DNA of 64,000 nt, taken from contig CAYYSJ010000001.1 of the NCBI GenBank assembly GCA_964474445.1, positions 14,530 to 78,529 on the forward strand, read 5' to 3'. The notes beneath the pieces were generated by a model. That model was not told the DNA's origin, searched no databases, and saw only the letters and a program-made list of their open reading frames with translations. Source of the stretch: an uncultured Gammaproteobacteria bacterium. GTDB taxonomy: Bacteria > Patescibacteriota > Microgenomatia > Levybacterales > UBA12049. Shown one piece after another: positions 42,135 to 51,125 of the stretch. The position numbers and the translations under genes were made by a program. Each line of letters opens with the position of its first letter. Position 1 is the first letter of the stretch.

Positions 42135-42512
42135 TTACTGATTTGGTTTTGATCTTCTCCCTCGAGGAAAACCCGATTTTCTATTCTCACCTTCTAATGC
42201 ATGTCGTACCTTTTCAACAGTGGATTTTCCTCTCTTTATTCTCTTGGCTACTTCCTCTGCTGTTTCTTCTGTATGTAAATGATATTCAGAAATAAGCTGT
42301 CTTATCTCTTCACTTACTTTACGCCTTGCTCTTATCAATCCTGTTCCACGGGGTTCAAGAATACCTTTAAAATGTCTATTCATGAAGTCCCATGCTCCTT
42401 GTTGGGACATTCCTAGTAACTCTGCAATCTGCGCACTTTTAATAACCTGATCTTGATGTTGATTAAGGTATGCCTTAACAATGTCAATTTTAACTTGAGT
42501 CTCCTTTTTCAT
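42135..42512 (-). CDS. putative HTH DNA-binding protein (two HTH-like segments)
   Basis: SAQIAELLGMSQQ and TAEEVAKRIKRGKSTVEK; basic composition. Confidence 0.6.
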   Translation of the reverse strand: MKKETQVKIDIVKAYLNQHQDQVIKSAQIAELLGMSQQGAWDFMNRHFKGILEPRGTGLIRARRKVSEEIRQLISEYHLHTEETAEEVAKRIKRGKSTVEKVRHALEGENRKSGFPRGRRSKPNQ

Positions 42513-42831
42513 GACCTATATTATAATAAGTTTTAGCACTCTAGTAAACGATTTTTTTTCCAAAATCGTAGTTCTTTCTACGGTAATTTATAGTAAAGGA
42601 CTCTTCCCTTATCTTAATTTTAGTAATTATTCTATGTTCAACAAGGCGATTTCCTAATAGAATCAACGTGTAAAGGTACTTCAAAATGAAATTAAAATAA
42701 AAATAAATTTACCCTAAAGTATTAAATAATTTATGTAGCTAAGAAATTTTTCTTTGAGTTAGAAATACTTTTAAGAAAATAGACCATATTTCTCACGATT
42801 AACATACGGTAAGGTTGTAGAGTGGTAGGAA

Positions 42832-43506
42832 ATGTGTGGACGATATACAGTGACAAATCCAGATGAACTTTATGAGAGGTTTGATATTAAGAACCGAGTC
42901 GAGCTTACCCCTCGGTACAATGCTGCTCCATCTCAAGAACTTCCTGTTATTGATCAACCTCATCATGTTGAGTTAATGGAATGGGGTCTTATCCCTCATT
43001 GGGCAAAAGAAGGGAAAGTAGGCTACAGCATGATTAATGCTCGTGTTGAAGGAATAGAGAAAAAACCATCATATAAGAAGCCGTTATTGTATCAGCGCTG
43101 CATTGTTCCAGCAGATGGATTTTTTGAGTGGAAACAAACGAGAGCTGGTAAGGTCCCCTACTACTTTAGACTCAAAGATGGAGAAATGTTTGGTTTTGCA
43201 GGACTCTACGATGTATGGACAGATAAAAATGGAAGAGAGCTCAAAACCTTCACCATTATAACCGGTGTTCCCAATGAAATAGTTAGTGAAGTACATAATC
43301 GAATGCCGGTTATACTTAAGGAAGAAGACGAGCGAACATGGCTTAACCCTGATATTGTCGAACCAGAAAGGCTTCTTAATCTTCTCAGACCATATCCAGA
43401 TAATGAGATGGAGGATTACATTGTTTCAAAAGCGGTAAATAGTCCAGCACATGATGATCCAGATGTTATTTCTCCTCAGGAAAGTCCATATATACCTCCG
43501 ATATAA
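42832..43506 (+). CDS. SRAP/YedK family abasic-site-protecting protein
   Basis: MCGRY N-terminus, RYNAAP, WGLIP.W, INAR.E, RCIVPADGFFEW, HNRMP. Confidence 0.93.
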   Translation: MCGRYTVTNPDELYERFDIKNRVELTPRYNAAPSQELPVIDQPHHVELMEWGLIPHWAKEGKVGYSMINARVEGIEKKPSYKKPLLYQRCIVPADGFFEWKQTRAGKVPYYFRLKDGEMFGFAGLYDVWTDKNGRELKTFTIITGVPNEIVSEVHNRMPVILKEEDERTWLNPDIVEPERLLNLLRPYPDNEMEDYIVSKAVNSPAHDDPDVISPQESPYIPPI

Positions 43507-43537
43507 AGCCAACTTAGACGTGAGAGCTTATAAAACC

Positions 43538-43564
43538 AAAAAAATCCCATTTCTGGGATTTTTT
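43538..43564. terminator. bidirectional intrinsic terminator
   Basis: AAAAAAATCCCA-tttc-TGGGATTTTTT between convergent genes. Confidence 0.8.
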
Positions 43565-43663
43565 GGCAATTGGGAGCTATATTCCAATTGTATTGCGTAA
43601 AATGCCGAGCAAAGGCATTTTGTCTTACCAACTCTAAGGAATTGGTAAGCCAAAGCGTCTTTA

Positions 43664-43828
43664 TTACTTAGCAAGTCGAGCTGCGTCTTCTTTACTTAAG
43701 ATTTTGAACAAATTTGTTCCATTGTAAGATGCTTTTGCTGCCATCTTACCATTTTTCATGGTAACGACAGTTACTTCACTATCTGGAACATCGACACTTT
43801 GTCTTGTTTTAACATTGTAAAACTTCAT
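43664..43828 (-). CDS. 54-aa basic protein, Cys-free DUF5679/CC1-like (below the ORF track cutoff)
   Basis: MKFYNVKTRQSVDVPDSEVTVVTMKNGKMAAKASYNGTNLFKILSKEDAARLAK; strong SD GAAAGGAGGTGA; promoter TTGACA-18-TATTAT upstream. Confidence 0.85.
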   Translation of the reverse strand: MKFYNVKTRQSVDVPDSEVTVVTMKNGKMAAKASYNGTNLFKILSKEDAARLAK

Positions 43829-43880
43829 GCGATTCACCTCCTTTCAGTTTGACCTCAACATTAACCTTTGGAATATAATA

Positions 43881-43895
43881 TGCAACTTAGTTGCA
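43881..43895. promoter_or_regulatory. 7-1-7 palindromic operator, copy 1
   Basis: TGCAACTTAGTTGCA between the -35 and -10 of the small gene's promoter. Confidence 0.75.
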
Positions 43896-43945
43896 CTTTG
43901 TCAAGAGAGGAAACAATATCTTTAAGGAAAGGTCAAAAATGAGAG

Positions 43946-45451
43946 TTATTGATTATCTGCACGTACGGTAGGTAGTTCTTTAAGGAAATTTTGATAGGCT
44001 GCTGGATCTTTACCAGTAACAGCATCAATAACTTTATATACTAGTTCATCTGATATCTTTCTCCATGCCCCTTGAGGAGGATTTTTCCCTACATTTTCTG
44101 GGTCATATTCCAGTTCACCATATTGTAGTGGATATATCATTGCTCGCAATAATTCAAAACTTGGTTTATGCACTAATGCAAGTCCAACAACGCCTAGCTT
44201 ATTATTACTATTTGGTAAACCACTATGAGTATGCACTTGAGCATAGCCTTCTGAAAGTTCAGTTCCTATAACGCTACAATCATCAGGCATTTGTATCCTT
44301 TGGATATTATTTATAAACTCTTGTCTTTTTTCTTCTGGCCATGCAAAAAGAACATTGAATAAAGGTTCTGAGTTTTCACGAACGTGAGAGGTTTCTAATC
44401 CGCTTTTCTCCCAAACATTTTGGATATACTGCATAAGTTCTTCTGATGTTTCAGGAACTTTTAACCCTTCGAATCCAAGTTTTTCAATGTATTGTTGGAT
44501 AAGCGCATTGTTTCGTTCTCCTTCGGGAATGAGATCTGTTATTGGGATATGGATTTCTTGTCTTTCCAGTTCCCCATCTTCGTTTGCTGAAGAAAGTGTT
44601 ACAGAAGGGTTTTGTATTATATCTTCATGAGATTCTGACTGTTGATCAGTATACCCTTTCAAAATAGGAGCTGGTGCTACTGTTCTTCGGGTGGGTCTAG
44701 AAATAGGAGGTGATGTTGTTTCTTGTCCCAGAATGGTAAGATAGCGAGATGATAGGGCATCTGGTTCTTGTGTTATTATTTTTTCTGCAGTTTGAACGAA
44801 GTCATCTTTTTCTGTTTGCAACTTTCTTTCAGTTTCCAGTAAATCGATGATCATATCTGCTGAATCTTTTCCAAAGATGCCTGCAACAAAGCGTATTGTT
44901 TCTTTTCCATCTGTCAGTTCATTAAATTTACCATGATAGGTCACGATCATATCCTTAAGGAATTTTTGAATTCTTGTGCTAGGATCATTTGCTTCAGGAG
45001 TTCCAAAGTAGCGATTATAGAAAGCATCAATAATTTCAGGGGTAACTTTTCTATTAGCAGCAGGAATCGCATGCTCAAGATCTACACCTAAATGATCATG
45101 CCATTTGATAAGATCTCTCACAACTTGTTCATTGTCTGGATTATTAAATGCATTTACGGTGTCTTCTCTCCATTTTTCATATTGTTTATCAAAGCTAGCA
45201 AGTGATGAGTCTTTTTGTACTTGATCGTGCCAATAATCTGCACTCTCTTTTGCAGAAGCAGTAGTGACTGCTTTGTAGGTATTTTCATGAACTCCTGTTG
45301 TGTTTTTAAGATCTTCCACATGATGTAGTGTAAGAGGTTGGTCAAAAACTCCAAGTGCTGCTCGCACTTGAAAGTGGAGTGGGCCTGTCGCAGTTTTTGG
45401 CGATTCCCGTCTTTCTGAAGCTGTTTGTTTTGCTCCTTCTGGATTTGTCAT
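43946..45451 (-). CDS. hypothetical protein, 501 aa
   Basis: Long acidic, largely helical ORF; no recognised family. Confidence 0.7.
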   Translation of the reverse strand: MTNPEGAKQTASERRESPKTATGPLHFQVRAALGVFDQPLTLHHVEDLKNTTGVHENTYKAVTTASAKESADYWHDQVQKDSSLASFDKQYEKWREDTVNAFNNPDNEQVVRDLIKWHDHLGVDLEHAIPAANRKVTPEIIDAFYNRYFGTPEANDPSTRIQKFLKDMIVTYHGKFNELTDGKETIRFVAGIFGKDSADMIIDLLETERKLQTEKDDFVQTAEKIITQEPDALSSRYLTILGQETTSPPISRPTRRTVAPAPILKGYTDQQSESHEDIIQNPSVTLSSANEDGELERQEIHIPITDLIPEGERNNALIQQYIEKLGFEGLKVPETSEELMQYIQNVWEKSGLETSHVRENSEPLFNVLFAWPEEKRQEFINNIQRIQMPDDCSVIGTELSEGYAQVHTHSGLPNSNNKLGVVGLALVHKPSFELLRAMIYPLQYGELEYDPENVGKNPPQGAWRKISDELVYKVIDAVTGKDPAAYQNFLKELPTVRADNQ

Positions 45452-45488
45452 ATTTATAGCCCGTAGGATATCATAAAAAAGTTAAATT

Positions 45489-45503
45489 TGCAACTAAGTT
45501 GCA
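45489..45503. promoter_or_regulatory. 7-1-7 palindromic operator, copy 2
   Basis: (T)TGCAACTAAGTTGCA(A) in the divergent intergenic region before the Clp gene. Confidence 0.75.
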
Positions 45504-45570
45504 ATAATTGTTGTTTTCTTTTATAATTACACAGCCTTATATATAAAGGTAATATAACAAATTTTATTTT

Positions 45571-47523
45571 ATGGATTTATTAACAGTTGTAACGCAGGCA
45601 GAGAGAAAAGCCGGCCAGAATGAGACAGCATTTTATGCAGAGATTGCCCTTGCAATTATCAAAGGCAATGCGCTGTATGAACTTCTTGATGGAAAGGAAA
45701 AACTTGAAGAGGAACTCTCAGCTATTGAAAAAGCTTCTGAGGCACAAACGCCACGACTTTTCAAAGGGCAAGATGTCAGTACCCTTTCCCTCCAAACCAA
45801 ACTTGCCTCGCTATGTAAAAAACAACAAAAGGTACTTTCCTGCTCTCAAGTTGATGAACATGTCCTACTGTTGGGTTGTTTAAAGGGACTGCAAGATAAG
45901 TTACCTCATACATACAATGATGTCCTCAAAGAGATCCTTTCCAAACAATTGCATAAAATTGAACAACCAAGCCATACTGCACACCTTGTTGGACGAAAAA
46001 AAGAGTTAGAGGAAATTATAAAAGTACTTAATCGAACAGAGAGAAATAGTGTGCTACTGGTTGGGCAAAGTGGTGTTGGTAAAACAACCCTTGCATTAGG
46101 TATGCAACAGAAATTACCTGAAAAAAAGATTTTACGACTATTTCCTTCAGATAATTTGTTTGACCAAGTTGTTACTATTCTTTCTTCGAGCGATAAAGAT
46201 ATATTATTTTTCCTTGATGAATTACCTTCTTTTGAAATGGGACAAATTCAGTATCTACTTGAAAATGGACAAGTAATTGCAACAGCAAATGACACTTCAT
46301 TTAAGAAGCTAGCAGGAGACTTCCCTCATATTATTAGTAAATGCGAAGTGATTGAGCTTGAAGAGCCAAGTGATGAGGACCTCAAACATATTTTGTCTGA
46401 TAAAGTACAAACTCTCCAATCACAATACAACGTTAGTTTCGAACAAGGGGTACTTGAAGAAGTTATTCAGCTTACGAAGCAATATATTCACGAACCATCC
46501 TTCCCTGCCAAAGCCCTTACTTTGCTTGAGGAAGGGGCGTTGAGTACTCAGTCTCAAAACCTGCAATTTGTCAGTAAAAATTTTCTTCGCATTCTTATTT
46601 CACAAAAAACAAATATTCCAATTGGTTCACTCACTGAATTTGAGAAAAAAGATTTAGTTAATTTACCTGTCAAATTGAAAGAAAAAGTAAAAGGACAGGA
46701 TCAGGCTGTTGAAAAAGTCGCAGCAACGATTCAGCGGTCTCGACTTGGGTTTAAAAAACCAAATAAACCAATTGGTTCATTCTTATTTGTTGGACCATCA
46801 GGAGTTGGAAAAACAGAACTTGCAAAAGCGTTGGCAAAAGAGGTATTTGGAGATGAAGAAGCAATGGTACGGCTTGATATGAGTGAGTTTGCTGAGGCAC
46901 ATATGGTACAAAGACTTATTGGATCCCCTCCTGGCTATATTGGCTATGAAGAAGGAGGACAACTGACAAATCCTGTCAAAGCAAGACCTTACACGTTGGT
47001 GCTTCTTGATGAAATTGAAAAAGCACATCCTCGTGTGTTTGATATCTTCCTGCAAGTGCTGGATGATGGAAGACTGACTGATGGACAGGGAAAAAAAGTT
47101 GATTTTCGAAACACAATCATTATTGCAACAAGTAATGCAGGTATTGAAGATATGCTTGATATGATTGAGGATGGAAAAACACATGCAGAAATGGAGACAG
47201 AAATTAAAGATATTCTTTCTGATTATTTCAGGCTTGAATTTATTAATAGATTTGATGGTCTCATCCTCTTTAATCCTCTTATCCCTTCAGCTCTTGAAGG
47301 TATTGCGCAAATTCAAATTGCCAAACTCCAAACAGAACTCCAGAAAAGAAATATTCAGCTTGCAGTTGCTCAGGAAACCATTGCAAAGCTTGCGCAAAGC
47401 GCTTACGACCCTCGATATGGTGCAAGAGGACTCCTCAGACTTTTACAAGATACTATAGAAAACAAACTTGCAGAAATGATCCTGAATAATCAGCTTCGTG
47501 AAGGCGAACGAGTGGAATTTTAA
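45571..47523 (+). CDS. ClpA/ClpB-family AAA+ ATPase with a degenerate first module
   Basis: D1 GQSGVGKT and FFLDE; D2 GQDQAV, RSRLG, GPSGVGKTELAK, DMSEF, PPGYIGYEEGG, DEIEKAH, DDGRLTD, YGAR. Confidence 0.9.
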   Translation: MDLLTVVTQAERKAGQNETAFYAEIALAIIKGNALYELLDGKEKLEEELSAIEKASEAQTPRLFKGQDVSTLSLQTKLASLCKKQQKVLSCSQVDEHVLLLGCLKGLQDKLPHTYNDVLKEILSKQLHKIEQPSHTAHLVGRKKELEEIIKVLNRTERNSVLLVGQSGVGKTTLALGMQQKLPEKKILRLFPSDNLFDQVVTILSSSDKDILFFLDELPSFEMGQIQYLLENGQVIATANDTSFKKLAGDFPHIISKCEVIELEEPSDEDLKHILSDKVQTLQSQYNVSFEQGVLEEVIQLTKQYIHEPSFPAKALTLLEEGALSTQSQNLQFVSKNFLRILISQKTNIPIGSLTEFEKKDLVNLPVKLKEKVKGQDQAVEKVAATIQRSRLGFKKPNKPIGSFLFVGPSGVGKTELAKALAKEVFGDEEAMVRLDMSEFAEAHMVQRLIGSPPGYIGYEEGGQLTNPVKARPYTLVLLDEIEKAHPRVFDIFLQVLDDGRLTDGQGKKVDFRNTIIIATSNAGIEDMLDMIEDGKTHAEMETEIKDILSDYFRLEFINRFDGLILFNPLIPSALEGIAQIQIAKLQTELQKRNIQLAVAQETIAKLAQSAYDPRYGARGLLRLLQDTIENKLAEMILNNQLREGERVEF

Positions 47524-47590
47524 CATATAACAATTTCGTTTAGATTGCTCTGTAGTACACTTTCCAACTCCCACGAGCATTGAGTTGCAT

Positions 47591-49672
47591 TTATGTGGCA
47601 AGTTGTGCATTATTTTCTACTATCCATACTTCTTCTCCAAATTTCTGACTTTTTTTGAATCGTTGTTTGGCTTCTTTTGTGGTATCTCCTGTTGCAACGA
47701 TCAGCTGGGTTACTCGTTTCCCTTCTACCTTTGTTTTTGTCCATCCAACATAAATGGCCGTTTTCAACAGAGGCTTGGCTGTTTGAAGAACGTCTTCTAA
47801 AAGTGTCGCTGTAATTTCAGGAGGAAGTTTTTTTGGTATGAGTGGTCTGACTACAAGACGAGGCTTTTTTCCTTTTTGTTTTACAGTTGCCAATACCACC
47901 TCACGAATGTGTTGTTGGGAGTCAAGCGACCCAGGAAGTGAAGCGGCAACCGAAAGATTAGAAATAGCTTGTGTTTGATTTTTTTTTGCTTTTCTCTTTA
48001 GTGCGGGATCTGAAGGGGTATTTGGTGTCGGATTATGTTGAACAACGCCTTGTTCAGATAATAAACGCTCGACATCTCCAGTTTCTTGTTTTTCCTGTTT
48101 GACTGCTTTCGTTTGACGTTTTTCTTCTGTGCGTGTTTCCTGTGTTGTTATCTGCACTGCTTGTTTTTTGCTTTCTTGAGCAATTGTCTGGACTAATACT
48201 TCCTCCGCTTCTGCTTGCTCTTGTCTTTGTTGAACAGTCTCAATAGCACGAGCAACAGCTTCACCTGTCTTTACTTTTACTGGTTCTGCAATATTTACTT
48301 CTACTGTTATTTTTTGCTCAGATCCAAATGTTTTTGGTTTTGGATCACCTTTTGGTTTCTCTCCAGGGATGCTGTTTGTTGGAATAGGTTGTCGTCCTCC
48401 CTCTTTCTCTCTTTTCGTGGGAGTAACTGGTTTTTTATCAGGTTGAGGCTCTTTTCCTTTTTCTGAAGGTACTTTTGGGAAAACTTTTGCAACAAGTGAC
48501 ACAGCTACCTTTTTTACTCTCCCTTGTTCACTATTTCCTTTTTTCTCTGCACGTACTGGGGTATCTTTTCCTGACTCTCTTGTTTTAACACCTGTTCTTT
48601 TCCCCGAGTCGGCTTCTTCTTGTTTCCGTTGTTTGTGCTGTCCTCCTTCTGGTTTGTTGACTATCCTTTTTGCAACATCTAGTATTGATCCTCCTGCTTT
48701 TGACTTACTCGGTTGTTTATCTGCAGATGAGCGAGGTGTTGAAGTACCACGTCCTTGCTTCTCACTTGATTTTCCTACAGTCGGAAGAGGCACTTTTGAT
48801 GCAAATGTATCTTTCATTTGATGAGGAAGACCTGGCAAAAGACGTACCTGAGCTTTTATGGAAGTAGCAGGGACAGGGAGAAGCGGACGTTGAGGTAGTG
48901 TAGGACTTATTGGTGGATTTGGTTTCACATTCTGTAGCTGTTCAGCTATACTTTTGAAGTTATTTGCATTCTCATTTGCATGGTTATCGCAGATTTTTTG
49001 ATAAGGACGTCCTTGATTATCAAACGCTTTTTCGACATGAAAAGCACCTGAGGTATGTCCCATTCCAAGCGTAAAATAATATAGATTTTTTTCATTCAAT
49101 GCTTTTGCTTCCTCTTGAATAGTTTTTTCTTTTTCTGCTTGTTCTGGAGTGAAGTTTCCATTTTCTCCTCGTGCTTTTATAACGGCATCATACGCCAGAG
49201 TGGCAGCGGCCCGCATCTTTGGATCTGCATCAGCAGACATAGCTGTATCTAACGATACTATGGAAGGATCTTTTAATTGAGCAAGTGTTAAAGCAAATGC
49301 TTGGGTATCAATAGGGTGGTTTTGTTGTTTTAGTTTTGTCATCTCTTCTTGCAGAGACTTAACAAACACATCTGTTAGCTCTTTTTCATGTGCCATCATC
49401 TTTTCAGAAATTTGTGGTGTATTGGGATCAGGAAGTGTTCCAACAGCTTTATCTTCGATCGCCTTTCTATAGCTTTCATCCACTTGAGGGTTATCAGGAA
49501 GAACAGCTTTTTTGGCAACAATGGTGGCAACAGCTGGCAAAGCCTCTGCGATCGTTTTCACCTCAGGACTTACTCCTCTTTCTTTCTGTAAAGCAGGTTG
49601 TGACTGAGCTTCTTTTTTCGTAACAGACGGTGGTAATGGTCTGTTTCCTCTTTCAATAACGGGTGACACCAT
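47591..49672 (-). CDS. hypothetical low-complexity (K/E/Q/P-rich) protein
   Basis: About 693-aa ORF with a long, probably disordered centre; ATG 49672. Confidence 0.7.
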   Translation of the reverse strand: MVSPVIERGNRPLPPSVTKKEAQSQPALQKERGVSPEVKTIAEALPAVATIVAKKAVLPDNPQVDESYRKAIEDKAVGTLPDPNTPQISEKMMAHEKELTDVFVKSLQEEMTKLKQQNHPIDTQAFALTLAQLKDPSIVSLDTAMSADADPKMRAAATLAYDAVIKARGENGNFTPEQAEKEKTIQEEAKALNEKNLYYFTLGMGHTSGAFHVEKAFDNQGRPYQKICDNHANENANNFKSIAEQLQNVKPNPPISPTLPQRPLLPVPATSIKAQVRLLPGLPHQMKDTFASKVPLPTVGKSSEKQGRGTSTPRSSADKQPSKSKAGGSILDVAKRIVNKPEGGQHKQRKQEEADSGKRTGVKTRESGKDTPVRAEKKGNSEQGRVKKVAVSLVAKVFPKVPSEKGKEPQPDKKPVTPTKREKEGGRQPIPTNSIPGEKPKGDPKPKTFGSEQKITVEVNIAEPVKVKTGEAVARAIETVQQRQEQAEAEEVLVQTIAQESKKQAVQITTQETRTEEKRQTKAVKQEKQETGDVERLLSEQGVVQHNPTPNTPSDPALKRKAKKNQTQAISNLSVAASLPGSLDSQQHIREVVLATVKQKGKKPRLVVRPLIPKKLPPEITATLLEDVLQTAKPLLKTAIYVGWTKTKVEGKRVTQLIVATGDTTKEAKQRFKKSQKFGEEVWIVENNAQLAT

Positions 49673-49673
49673 A

Positions 49674-49688
49674 TGCAACTAAGTTGCA
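49674..49688. promoter_or_regulatory. 7-1-7 palindromic operator, copy 3
   Basis: (A)TGCAACTAAGTTGCA(T) between TGnTAAAAT and ATG 49672 on the minus strand. Confidence 0.75.
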
Positions 49689-49821
49689 TTTTATCATATA
49701 ACAGATATTTATAGCAAGGCGACGTGCCTGGAGGGCTGAAATAGTGAAATCTGAGTGCTGTCATACATGTTTATTTCACCTATCTTTCCCTAGATCCTAA
49801 GAAGTTCATTATGTTTGAGTT

Positions 49822-50202
49822 ATGGAGCCACGAAGTGCTGCTGACTTTGCTTTTTCATTTTTTTCACACAATCGTGTTGCAGCAAATGAAACATTGTTTA
49901 CCCTGCAGAAAAAGGCAGACAGTAAGCTAAATAGCACCCCAATTTTTGGAAAAATGAGGCAAAGAAGAATAGAAGGTAAGTTAAGGGGCGTTCAAGAGCG
50001 TATTACTGAATATGAAACAGTAGAGCATGGTTTATTAACAAAAGATTACACACCTGCTATTACGATCTTAGAACGTGAAGCACAACATCTCGAACAATCA
50101 AAATCATCACTCGATGCAATAAAGCGGGTCTCACGAAGACAAGGAAGGCAAGAAGCAATTAGAATGAGAGTAATGGCACAACAACTGAGGTCATCACAAT
50201 AG
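49822..50202 (+). CDS. hypothetical basic helical protein
   Basis: 126-aa ORF, TATGTT 6 nt before ATG. Confidence 0.55.
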   Translation: MEPRSAADFAFSFFSHNRVAANETLFTLQKKADSKLNSTPIFGKMRQRRIEGKLRGVQERITEYETVEHGLLTKDYTPAITILEREAQHLEQSKSSLDAIKRVSRRQGRQEAIRMRVMAQQLRSSQ

Positions 50203-50279
50203 CTGATACTAATCAATCCAACGTTTTACTCTCAAGGATGAACCCAGAACAAGCACCAATGGGAGCTTACTGCTTTTTC

Positions 50280-51005
50280 TTATAGATCTAGTTGGTTAAT
50301 AAGATCCATTCTCTTTACATTTACTTTTTTATCTCTGGTTAACATAAAAAGAATTGCTTCAACAGATTCTTGAGGAGAAAACATCCATGGTTCATGTTCT
50401 TTATATTCATTACCAGCTTTTTTGAACAAGTTTGTTTCCATACCACCTGGATAATATCCCATGACACGGATATTTCTACTGTAAAATTCCTTTGCCAACG
50501 CTTCACTAAATCCTTGTAAACCAAATTTAACAGCTGAGTATATCGTATGGTAATACCCTGCGGGGATCTCAACACCAGCAATACTGACAATATTGAGTAT
50601 TTGAGCAAAGTCCGATTTTAGCAATGAAGGCAATACTGTTCGTGTTATCAGAAGAGGGGCAAGTAAGTTAACATGTGTTAACTCAATTATTTTTTCAGAT
50701 TGAGCCTCAAGAGTGTTCCCTTCCAGCCATACCCCGGCATTATTAATAAGGACGTCTACGTTTTGTATGGTAGAAAAATGTTCTGTAATTTTTTCTGGTT
50801 TATTGAGATCACAAACAATATGTTGTACATTGATTGATGCATTAACTTCTTTAAGATGAGAAACAGTTTGTTGTACTTTTTCTTCGTTCCTTCCATGAAT
50901 GATAAGATGTGTTCCTTGTTGTGCTAATGCTGATGCAATGTGTTTTCCCAGACCGTCAGTTGCTCCGGTAATCAGTACAGTCTTGTTCGCGAGTGAAAGT
51001 GCCAT
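50280..51005 (-). CDS. short-chain dehydrogenase/reductase
   Basis: TGATDGLG, NNAG, catalytic S and YSAVK, PG. Confidence 0.92.
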   Translation of the reverse strand: MALSLANKTVLITGATDGLGKHIASALAQQGTHLIIHGRNEEKVQQTVSHLKEVNASINVQHIVCDLNKPEKITEHFSTIQNVDVLINNAGVWLEGNTLEAQSEKIIELTHVNLLAPLLITRTVLPSLLKSDFAQILNIVSIAGVEIPAGYYHTIYSAVKFGLQGFSEALAKEFYSRNIRVMGYYPGGMETNLFKKAGNEYKEHEPWMFSPQESVEAILFMLTRDKKVNVKRMDLINQLDL

Positions 51006-51125
51006 ACCATATTGTATACCACAAAAAAGAAAGAATGGTAAAGAGCTTTTTTATTAAAAATTTACATTATTTTTGCCTCTTTTTGTTGTTCCTAGAAAAT
51101 GTATCTGGTACAATTTTTTTGTTTC

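Noticed and set aside
42533-42559. TTAGCACTC, the left arm of a CIRCE element
   Set aside because: The right arm GAGTGCTAA is absent 9 nt downstream
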